From contig CAXXRM010000005.1 in NCBI GenBank assembly GCA_963663135.2, forward strand, positions 353,812-417,811: 64,000 nt of DNA, given 5' to 3'. Positions 56,432 through 64,000 of the stretch are shown here, piece by piece; the first letter of the stretch is position 1; every line of letters begins with the position of its first letter. The notes below the pieces were generated by a model. It searched no databases, was not told the DNA's origin, and saw only the letters and a program-made list of their open reading frames with translations. The position numbers and the translations under genes were made by a program. This DNA comes from Dehalococcoidia bacterium. Lineage in GTDB: Bacteria; Chloroflexota; Dehalococcoidia; Lucifugimonadales; UBA3495.

Positions 56432-57079
56432 ATGGCGACCAAACCTCGGGATAACACCATTTCAATCGGGTCGAAGACCATGGTCAACTTCAACCGCATC
56501 CAACACCACATAACCCAGAGATACGAGTCTACGAGACTCTGCGACGGACAACCTGCCGGCGAAGCAGATATCTCCGCGATCAACCTGGAAGCACTCAGAG
56601 AGGCCAGATACCAGGCCACCCTGTGCCCAAGCTGCCAGCAAAATCTGGGACAGCAATCGGTCACCCTAAGAGTCCCCCGTTACCGGAATAACGACCAGAC
56701 CCTCGCCCACCTATACACTGTGCCCGTCCAATACGACTTCGACGACATCCGCAATTGTCCCCACTGCCTGGAGAATCCTGGGGAAAGAAACTGCGGGGCG
56801 TGGGAGAACGCGAGAGAGGGTGTCAAGGTCCTACACCAGGAGGCCAGACGAATCGCCAGGAACGTCGAGGAAATGGCCGACGCAACTGGTAGCAAACCGG
56901 CAAATCTCTACGAGTTCGTGGACGGCACCGTGGCCTACTTCGCCTTAGATGCCCCGCCGTGGCAGGAGGCCGAAGACTTGGTTGGGACAGACCTGGAGAG
57001 GGCCAGAAGGATCCTTGACGAGAGAGCAACCCCGGGCGGCAAGGCAGGTTGGCCGCAAACCCAACCGGCCAGCCCCTGA
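56432..57079 (+). CDS. hypothetical Cys-motif protein
   Basis: 215 aa with CPSCQQ and CPHCLENPGERNC. I did not recognise a family. Confidence 0.4.
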   Translation: MATKPRDNTISIGSKTMVNFNRIQHHITQRYESTRLCDGQPAGEADISAINLEALREARYQATLCPSCQQNLGQQSVTLRVPRYRNNDQTLAHLYTVPVQYDFDDIRNCPHCLENPGERNCGAWENAREGVKVLHQEARRIARNVEEMADATGSKPANLYEFVDGTVAYFALDAPPWQEAEDLVGTDLERARRILDERATPGGKAGWPQTQPASP

Positions 57080-57142
57080 ACCCGAGATGTGCTTCTCAAC
57101 CATGACACCCCTTCGAATCCCCGCCGGCATAGCTGAACTCGA

Positions 57143-57820
57143 TTGAGCCCAAACGATATCTTCAAACTACTGAGCACCGACCGGTTCGGCGCTTACGCCA
57201 TGTCTGCGGACCAGGTCATCCTGTTCTGGAACTCGGGGGCCCAGCGAATTCTCGGGCACTGGAGCAATGACGTCCTGGGGCGCCGGTGCTACGAAGTCCT
57301 ATCGGGGCTGGCTCTCGGAGGATTTACCCCGGGGCGCTTGGATGGGTGTCCGTCTATCTGTGATTTCCGGGCAGGTCTGGCGCCTACCCCAATCCAACTC
57401 CGCACGCTCTGCGCGTCGGGCCAACGGAAGCTTGTGGCTCTGACTACCATGGTGGTTGCTGGTGTCCTGGAAGATGGCCCTCTTCTGGCGCACCTGTTCC
57501 ACGACGCCACGGACGAAAATGAGTCGGCGGTAGTCGCCAGCGCAGTGCAGGATACGCTGCGGGAAAACGGCGCCCCCACCCTGCAGGGCCTAGGCGTGGC
57601 ACCTCCAATGGAGAATCCCCGGGAGTTGACCCTGCGGGAACTGGAGGTGTTGCGCCTGGTCTCGCTGGGCTGGAGAACCCCGAGAATTGCGGATGAGTTG
57701 GGCCTCAGCTATCACACGGTTCGGAATCATATCCGTCACTGCCGCGGGAAGCTGGGTGCGGCCACCAAGCTGGACGCGGTGCTCACAGCCATGCGCCGTG
57801 GGATTTTGCCCGTTGTCTGA
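57143..57820 (+). CDS. PAS-domain LuxR-family transcriptional regulator
   Basis: A PAS-like N-terminus (ADQVILFWNSGAQRILG) and a C-terminal LuxR HTH (LTLRELEVLRLVSLGWRTPRIADELGLSYHTVRNHI). The start is uncertain (TTG 57143 or ATG ~57199). Confidence 0.75.
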   Translation: MSPNDIFKLLSTDRFGAYAMSADQVILFWNSGAQRILGHWSNDVLGRRCYEVLSGLALGGFTPGRLDGCPSICDFRAGLAPTPIQLRTLCASGQRKLVALTTMVVAGVLEDGPLLAHLFHDATDENESAVVASAVQDTLRENGAPTLQGLGVAPPMENPRELTLRELEVLRLVSLGWRTPRIADELGLSYHTVRNHIRHCRGKLGAATKLDAVLTAMRRGILPVV

Positions 57821-58862
57821 TTTACGCCAAAACGCGGGACAAGCCGGGCGCTACTCCTTCCGGACCATGCCATGGTGCTGGTCAGGCTCACATGGAAGGT
57901 GGCACAACCATCGAGGGCTGGTCAGATCGTCGTATTGATACTCGGAGTAACCGTCGGAGCAATATTTGCCGCGGCGTCCTACTCAGGTGGCGGAGAGGAG
58001 GCCTACAGTTAATGACCCGGGACGAAATTGCAGAGATAAAGCGAAAATCTGAAGAACAGGCAAGTTGGGGTTTTATTAGTCGCTACGGACGCACCGGGCG
58101 CATCACGTCTTTGCAAAACCGCAGCGAGGGCCAGACATTAGAGCCAGACATTAGAGATAGATACCCCCGACGGTTCGCTAACCGCTAAGGTGGGGGAAAA
58201 CACCAATATTCATAAGACAACGAACAATGAATCACGATCCCTGACTTTTGAAGACCTTACCGCTGGCATGCTAATCACAGTGGACGGCGAGACAGGCACA
58301 AGAGAGAACGCTGAAGCTGGCCACATTCGAATAATCCCAGAAGGAGAAGGAGGATTCGATATACAACCAGGTTCGAGTTCTGGTCCTCGTATGATGCCAG
58401 TGCTACCGTAGCATCCTGGGGGCGAAGAAGCCTATGGACTAATCCTGGAACGAACACCCGTCCGAAAAGTAAGCATGGTCGCGGATTTTAGAAGCAATGG
58501 CTTTTGGGGGGTGAGGTTGGATTTTACCCGAACTCCGGTTATCCCCAGATCGGCCTCCAAAGACCATGCTGAATATCTACAGGACCCAGGCAATAACAAA
58601 GAGCAATTGCAAGGTCTGAAACGAGTCGATTGACCACGTGTGGGCAACACTGTCGAAATTCAGTGCCGCTCCTGGATCACAGACTCTATTTCGGCGGAAC
58701 ATTTCCCGGAGCATTTCCCGGAGCATTCACCCTGAGTTTCCATATTTTCCCCAGACCTGCACACGAAGGTGAAATCCTCCTACGGTCCCCTACAAATCAT
58801 GGCTTGGCTTTTTGCCGAGCCAGAGCTTCGCACACCCGAATTAAGGTCTTGAAGTAGCAACA

Positions 58863-59864
58863 GTGCTCAAAATCCCCCACAAACCTTTTCCGAGAATCTT
58901 CGCCATTGGGCTGATTCTTCTGGTCATACTCCAGGCCTGCGGCAGCGCCGATGCACCGGGGGACATATTGTGTTCTGACCGAGTCACAACCAGCTCAACG
59001 GCTCAATCGGAGTCAGCCATGGACACGCCAGCGACCACGCCGCCGGCTGTACCGAACACTCCGACAACGGAAGAGGCCAGGCCCAAGTCTGCATTTGCAA
59101 ACACCTCGCGCGAAACAGACCGGGAAGTGCTGGTCACCCTCTACAATGCCACGGACGGCCCGAACTGGAGCAACAACCATAACTGGCTAAGCGACGCGTC
59201 ACTCCGCCAATGGAGTGGCGTAACCACTGACAGAATCGAAGGCCGCGTCACTGAATTGGAACTCGCTAGGAATGAGTTGCGCGGTGAGATACCGGCGGAG
59301 TTGGGCAACCTCGCCAACTTCGAAAGTTTGAACCTCGGCAGGAATAAGTTGCGCGGTGAGATACCAGCGGAGTTGGGCAACCTCGCCAACCTGCGGACGC
59401 TGTGCCTCTACAAAAACCAGTTGCGCGGTGAGATACCGGCGGAGTTGGGCAACCTCGCCAATTTGACATGGCTGAACCTCTTCGAGAACCAGTTGCGCGG
59501 TGAGATACCAGCGGAGTTGGGCAACCTCGCCAATTTGACATGGCTGAACCTCTTCGAGAACCAGTTAAACGGTGAGATTCCGGCGGAGTTAAGCAAACTC
59601 GTCAACCTGGAAGCGCTGAACCTTGGCTTAAACCAGTTGAGCGGGGAGATACCGGCAGAGTTGGGCAACCTCGCCAACCTGAACGTGCTAAACCTACAAG
59701 AGAACCAATTGAGCGGGGAGGTGCCGGCGGGGTTGGGCAATCTCACCTACCTGCAGAAGCTGAGCCTCGACGGAAACCAGCTCATCGGGTGTGTACCAAG
59801 CAGTTTGCAAGGCCAGTTAGACATTGGCGTTTCACACCTTGGCGGCCTGACGTTCTGTCCCTGA
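58863..59864 (+). CDS. lipoprotein with plant-type (24-residue) leucine-rich repeats
   Basis: Lipobox ILQACGS. An N-cap-like segment LVTLYNATDGPNWSNNHNWLSDASLRQWSGV. About 7.5 repeats of N.L.GEIPAELGNLANL..L.L. Confidence 0.85.
   Translation: MLKIPHKPFPRIFAIGLILLVILQACGSADAPGDILCSDRVTTSSTAQSESAMDTPATTPPAVPNTPTTEEARPKSAFANTSRETDREVLVTLYNATDGPNWSNNHNWLSDASLRQWSGVTTDRIEGRVTELELARNELRGEIPAELGNLANFESLNLGRNKLRGEIPAELGNLANLRTLCLYKNQLRGEIPAELGNLANLTWLNLFENQLRGEIPAELGNLANLTWLNLFENQLNGEIPAELSKLVNLEALNLGLNQLSGEIPAELGNLANLNVLNLQENQLSGEVPAGLGNLTYLQKLSLDGNQLIGCVPSSLQGQLDIGVSHLGGLTFCP
59271..59807 (+). repeat. 72-bp tandem repeat array encoding the LRR units
   Basis: Unit starts at 59271, 59343, 59415, 59487, 59559, 59631, 59703 and 59775. 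Units 59415..59486 and 59487..59558 differ at 1 of 72 nt. Confidence 0.9.
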
Positions 59865-60656
59865 GGCCGGGCGCCCCCTGTCCTCAACCGGGGCACATCG
59901 CTCTGGAGTGCACCCGGCGCGCGGTGGCACTCCAAGTTCTCTGCGCTCTCCGTATCGTAACTCCAGTTGATTTTGGGAAGAATTGACCCCGGATTCCAGT
60001 AAGCCTTTCCCGAATTTTCACAGTCGTCAGTTTATAAGTCCAGACCAACGCCACTCTAAACCGGCGACAGGTATCCATATCCAACAAGTGGGTCAATTCT
60101 AAGTCGACGGTCAAGACAACAAGCCCATGGTGGGTCAAGTCCCCATCGGCGGAAACTGGTCAAAAGTTCTTCGGCGTTGACACGGAACGCTGGCATAAGC
60201 ATGTGACTACTAGCCCAACAAATCGAGGACTATCACGTTAACCCGGCCCACCGTCCTGCCCCCGACGACGGCGGCGGACCCAAGCTTCAGCCCCACCCGG
60301 AAGAGGGCAACCAATACCGAATCTCCGAGACCTGTGAGCACCTGGAGGAAGAGTCATACGACATCAGGGGCAGCGTACACCATGTTGTGGGTGCCGAGGA
60401 CCTGAGCGAAGTTCTCGACAAAATGCCCGCGATTTCCAGGATGTCCATCGAGAATTACATCGGCGACGGAGTGCACATCACCTTAGAGATTCGAAGATCA
60501 ACTTAGGCCCCCGGGTTACTCAGAACCAATAAACCCGGCCCGCCGCCCTGTCCTAGGCCCGGCGGCGGGCCCAAGCTTCAGCCGCCCAAAATATGGGAAT
60601 AATTCCGCCCGGAGTCCCGCCAACACCTCCGAATTTATTCCCACTATTCACGCCTC

Positions 60657-60683
60657 CGGGTAAAATCAACCCTCAATCCCTAA
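60657..60683 (-). repeat. right copy of the 27-bp island-terminal repeat
   Basis: The reverse complement TTAGGGATTGAGGGTTGATTTTACCCG matches 33175..33201 at 24/27 positions. It is followed by the 11-bp direct repeat TAATGTTAGGG (60681..60691). Confidence 0.7.
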
Positions 60684-60695
60684 TGTTAGGGGCGC

Positions 60696-61028
60696 TTACC
60701 CGGGCAGGGAATGGCATTCGTGAACTTCAATCTCGCAACCGGGCACCCCTATGTGTGGATAATTCTGCAACAGGGCTTTCGCGGCGTCCATGTCGTCCGC
60801 CTGCAAAACCGAATACCCCAATACACCCTTATCGCTTGGCGCGCTTCCGGATTCCGAAATCTTCAATCCGCCGCTGAGGGGCGTGCCCCTGTCGATGAGA
60901 GCCTCTCCGCATGAGTCGGCCCAAGCCATCCACTTCTTCATGCCCTCCTGCATTTCCTCAGGGGAGGAAGCGGCCATCGACTCCATATATGCAGGAGTGC
61001 TGTAGTAGATCACGAAAAACCTTCCCAT
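60696..61028 (-). CDS. YCII-related small alpha+beta protein
   Basis: 110 aa whose overall pattern (FFVIYY...EEMQEGMKKWMAW...GYSVLQADDMDAAKALL...) resembles YciI/DGPF-type proteins. Confidence 0.5.
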   Translation of the reverse strand: MGRFFVIYYSTPAYMESMAASSPEEMQEGMKKWMAWADSCGEALIDRGTPLSGGLKISESGSAPSDKGVLGYSVLQADDMDAAKALLQNYPHIGVPGCEIEVHECHSLPG

Positions 61029-61200
61029 TCCTTAAACCTCATCTTTTGTTTTGCTGGTCGCCAATCGCCACAACTGTAGCGTATGGGCTGGTCGAAATCC
61101 TTTCGTCAATGTTAGCCCTCGGGGCCCGCTCCTGCGGGTTTCGCGGCGGAAGAATTAGGGTTGCCGGTCGGTCGACTTAGGGTCTGAGCCCCCGTCCCGG

Positions 61201-62037
61201 TTAGCGGGCAAACGCGGCGGCAAGCTCGCTATCGCCTTCTGCGGATATTTGGCCGCCGGAAACGGCGGTCTCAAAATCGGTCCGGCCATAGGCCAGAAGG
61301 GCGAAGTCGCCGGCGTCGCAGATGAAGGTGACGTCAGCCGCAGTGGTCCCGGGGGACCCGGCGGGCTCCATCCGTGCTTTGCCCTCCTCCACGACAATGT
61401 CATAGGCGCCGGGCGCGGCCCCCGTCAAGTCCCAGCGGTAGCGGGCCGGGCCGGACAGGGTCGAGCCGGGCCGGAAGAGCCGCCCAACTACAAAGACCGG
61501 CAGCAGGTCCAACACGGCCGGCAGTCCTGCCGCGGATATCGAGGCAGTCGCTTCCAGCCTCGATTTGATGTCCCATTCGTGGACCATTACTTCTGTGATG
61601 CGCAGGTCGACATAGGTAGACACCGAGATAACAGCGGCGGTATGGAAGCACGGTTTCTCCCAGTCCTGGTGGCCCAGTCCCGCCAGCAGTTGGTCCAGGT
61701 CGCGGCAACGACTGGCGAAGGTCGTAAGCAGTTCCTTGTCCAGTTGCTCCCGCAGGGCGATAGCCCGTTGGGCGTTAGCCTCCAGCCTGGCCGCGGGATC
61801 GGATGGGCCGGAGGGAGCGCCCCCTTTGGGAGGGGAGCTGTCGCCGGCGACGCCCCGGACAATGTTGCCGAAGTAGTTGTCGACGCCGCCGGTCAGGTGG
61901 GCCACCACGTCGCCTACCTGCCAGCGGTCGCAAGCGCTCGGCCGGCCCCAGGATTCTTCTGGCAATGCGGAGATGTAGTCCACGAATCGCTGGGATTCGG
62001 ACTTAAGCAGGTGGACTCGTTGCTCGGCCAAGACCAT
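61201..62037 (-). CDS. DinB/maleylpyruvate-isomerase N-terminal-domain family protein (TIGR03083-like) with an SCP2-like C-terminus
   Basis: The N-terminus ...LPEESWGRPSACDRWQVGDVVAHLTG is typical of the MDMPI_N/DinB superfamily. Confidence 0.6.
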   Translation of the reverse strand: MVLAEQRVHLLKSESQRFVDYISALPEESWGRPSACDRWQVGDVVAHLTGGVDNYFGNIVRGVAGDSSPPKGGAPSGPSDPAARLEANAQRAIALREQLDKELLTTFASRCRDLDQLLAGLGHQDWEKPCFHTAAVISVSTYVDLRITEVMVHEWDIKSRLEATASISAAGLPAVLDLLPVFVVGRLFRPGSTLSGPARYRWDLTGAAPGAYDIVVEEGKARMEPAGSPGTTAADVTFICDAGDFALLAYGRTDFETAVSGGQISAEGDSELAAAFAR

Positions 62038-62156
62038 TGCGCCGCCTCCTGGTGGTTTTGAATGCTAAGGGTCGATTGGGTGGGGGCTCTCAGGCGCACT
62101 AAAGCATAACACCCCGGGAGGTCCCGGGGTGTTAGCCGTAGTTGGGCCACTCCAGC

Positions 62157-63505
62157 CTAGTCAGCCGCCGGGGCCCCCGCCAGGCCTGCGGCCTTTTCGA
62201 ACTCTTCCAGGCTTTCCCAGTCGTCGGTCCGAACATTGCGGGGAAGCCCCTGCATGTCGGCGTGCCATTGGCGCCAGAAGACCCGCATGGGAAGTTCGTC
62301 GGTCTCTTCGGAAGGCCGGTGCATTCCCCGGGAGATGTCGCTCCAAGGCACTCCCCTGGCAACGAATCCCTGCTGGCATGACTCCAATGCTTCGAAGTCG
62401 TCGGGCTGCTGAAAGCCCCCAGGTCCTTGCGCGTCGAAGAATTCGTTCTGGTTGGCGTCCTTGACCTGCTCTTCGTCGTAGCTCTCTGGAACGACGGCCC
62501 AAGTGGTGAACTCGAACTCGGTGGCCGAAACGGGGTAGAAGGTCGGACCGCCCGCATCCCGTGGGCAATGGCCAGGTTCGGGTAGACCACGAAGTTGCTT
62601 ACCCCGCCCCGCTCCGGGGTCCAGCTTTCCATGTCCGGGCCGTAGCGGTTAATGAGACGGCTCCGGAACTCCTTCATCCGCCGCTCGGTGTCCTGGTCGA
62701 ATACCGGGTCCACCCTGGCTCCGGGGTAGCCCTGGCCCTTGGCGCCGATGGTGAACCTGCCGAAATGTCCCCGGCCCAGGGAGATGCCCAACATCCTGTA
62801 GTTGGGCTGCTGGCTGGCCAGCCGCTTGCCCATGCCGTTCAGGTAGTGGATGAAGGAGATGTGAGTGGGCACCACGTGGTAGAAATCGGCGGTATTTTCT
62901 ATCATCAACTTCCAGTTGGCCTGGACGTTGACCCGGTAGGTGCCGGGGAGCACCCGCATCCGGTCCTTCCCGGCTTGGTCCAGGAAGGTGTCCAAAAAGA
63001 GGCGGGCGTCTCCCAAGTAGGAAACGAGGCTCTCCACTTCAGGGTTGTAGCTCAGGAAGACCATGCCCCGGTAGTTCTCCACCCGCGGTGGGGGAACGAG
63101 GGAGCGCTCCTTGGGGTCGAACCCGGCGGCGTAGCCCTCTTCTTCGGGGGTCCCAACCAGTTCCCCCTGGTTGTTGAATGTCCAAGCGTGGTAGAAGCAC
63201 TGGAAGAGGTTGGCGTTGCCCCGGTCTTGGCGGCACACCAGGGCTCCCCGGTGGGGGCAGGTGTTCAGGAAGACCCGCGGTACCCCGTCCTTCCCTCGGA
63301 CGAACATGACCGGCCATCCCCCGACGCTGCGGCGCAGGTAGTCGCCGGGCTTGGGTATCTCGCTCTCGTGACCGACGTAGAGCCAGCACTTCAGGAAAAT
63401 CCGCTCCAGTTCCAATTGGTGGAACTCGGGCGATGTCATGGTGGAGCGGTGTACTCGGAAGGTCCCGCGCTCGCGGTCGTCTTCTATCAGTTGCTGCAAG
63501 TCCAT
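62157..63505 (-). pseudogene. Rieske-type ring-hydroxylating oxygenase alpha subunit with a 1-nt frameshift near 62550
   Basis: Rieske motif CPHRGALVC...CFYHAWTF. After ...YPNLAIAHGMRAVRP the listed ORF becomes low-complexity. Shifting frame gives FYPVSATEFEFTTWAVVPESYDEEQVKDANQNEFFDAQGPGGFQQPDDFEALESCQQGF... to the stop at 62157. Confidence 0.8.
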
Positions 63506-63562
63506 GTGCCCTCTCCGCGTGGTGAATAGCTAGGGGTAGACGCAGGTCTGCTCTGACGACGT

Positions 63563-64000
63563 TTAGAATGGATAGGGCTGGCCGCCGCCTACCGGCAACA
63601 CCTGGCCGGTGATGTAGGAGGCGTCGTCTGAGGCCAGGAAAGCGAACGCCGCCGCCTGCTCGTCGGGTTGGCCGGATCTGCCCATGGGGACCTCGCGGGG
63701 CCGAATGTCCACCCGGTAACGCTCCTGGGCCTCGATCTCTTCCGGGGGCAGTTCGGTGCCGGGTATCTCGATTCCAAATGTCCCCAGGGTGACCCGGTCC
63801 TGGACCGACGTGCCGCTGGGCGCAACGCAGTTGACCCTGATTCCGAACTCGGCAACCTCCCGCGCCACCGAAGTCGCCAGCGCGATATTGCCGCCCTTGG
63901 ACGCCGCGTAAGGGACCCGGAATTTTCCTACCACCGCGTGGCTCGCCACGTTTACGATAGCGCCGGAACGCTGCTCGATCATGTAGGGCAGGACGGCGCG
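63563..64000 (-). CDS. short-chain dehydrogenase/reductase, 5' end outside window
   Basis: The catalytic YAASKGG (YxxxK), IRVNCVAPS and a C-terminal ASYITGQVLPVGGG. The frame is open to the window end. Confidence 0.75.
   Translation of the reverse strand, partial: RAVLPYMIEQRSGAIVNVASHAVVGKFRVPYAASKGGNIALATSVAREVAEFGIRVNCVAPSGTSVQDRVTLGTFGIEIPGTELPPEEIEAQERYRVDIRPREVPMGRSGQPDEQAAAFAFLASDDASYITGQVLPVGGGQPYPF

Noticed and set aside
58190-58411. 73-aa ORF (MGENTNIHKTTNNESRSL...) and neighbouring 98-aa ORF 57892..58188
   Set aside because: There are no motifs, and the start and RBS are unclear. The evidence is too thin to call genes, though a small island-borne protein cannot be excluded.
59271-59807. 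A regular 72-bp repeat array that could be mistaken for a CRISPR array
   Set aside because: The units are contiguous with no unique spacers, stay in frame, and encode LRR units of one ORF. No cas genes are present.
62132-62550. C-terminal ~140 residues of the listed 457-aa ORF
   Set aside because: The Ser/Arg/Pro/Thr-rich tail is out of frame. The protein-like continuation lies in the frame of ORF 62157..62387, so I annotated 62157..63505 as a frameshifted gene instead.
62561-63529. 322-aa plus-strand ORF
   Set aside because: It is antisense to the Rieske oxygenase gene and shows Val/Gly/Ala/Pro-rich shadow-frame composition.

Overview
High-GC bacterial chromosomal segment; my spot counts of 60-nt lines give roughly 60-70% G+C in backbone genes. 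I recognised no rRNA, tRNA or CRISPR array by eye. The backbone (1-33.1 kb and 60.7-64 kb) holds a 2-oxoacid dehydrogenase E1a/E1b/E2 operon, a VapBC pair, and a dense set of catabolic and transport genes. These include two PhtD-like paralogs plus a remnant of a third, two alpha/beta hydrolases, a PuuE-like deacetylase, two amidohydrolase-2 proteins, an LLM oxidoreductase, SDRs, an Fe-ADH, an amidase, PepC, two MFS transporters, a Bug/TctC-like binding protein, a PAS-GAF histidine kinase with a LuxR-type regulator, and a Rieske oxygenase alpha subunit. This mix resembles marine Chloroflexota (SAR202-like) genomes, but that is inference only. Between 33,170 and 60,691 lies a ~27.5-kb accessory island bracketed by an 11-bp direct repeat and 27-bp inverted repeats. 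It carries five IS types (IS1595-like, degenerate IS3 ends, an intact IS21, a frameshifted IS110, a frameshifted IS1182-like element) and several defence-type modules. The two best candidates for an undescribed system are (i) a translationally coupled SIR2-like NADase plus a 924-aa helical partner (41632-45518), and (ii) a DNA methyltransferase-HNH fusion coupled to a DUF4062-like/NACHT-type STAND NTPase (35737-40053), whose third gene is cut off by an IS end. The island also holds an orphan DGQHR (DndB-like) gene, a DEDDh exonuclease next to a PD-(D/E)xK/DUF4268-like nuclease, and a plant-type LRR lipoprotein built from near-identical 72-bp repeats. Four genes carry single-base frameshifts that could be decay or assembly error. 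All functional calls come from motif recognition in the supplied translations; no database search was run.
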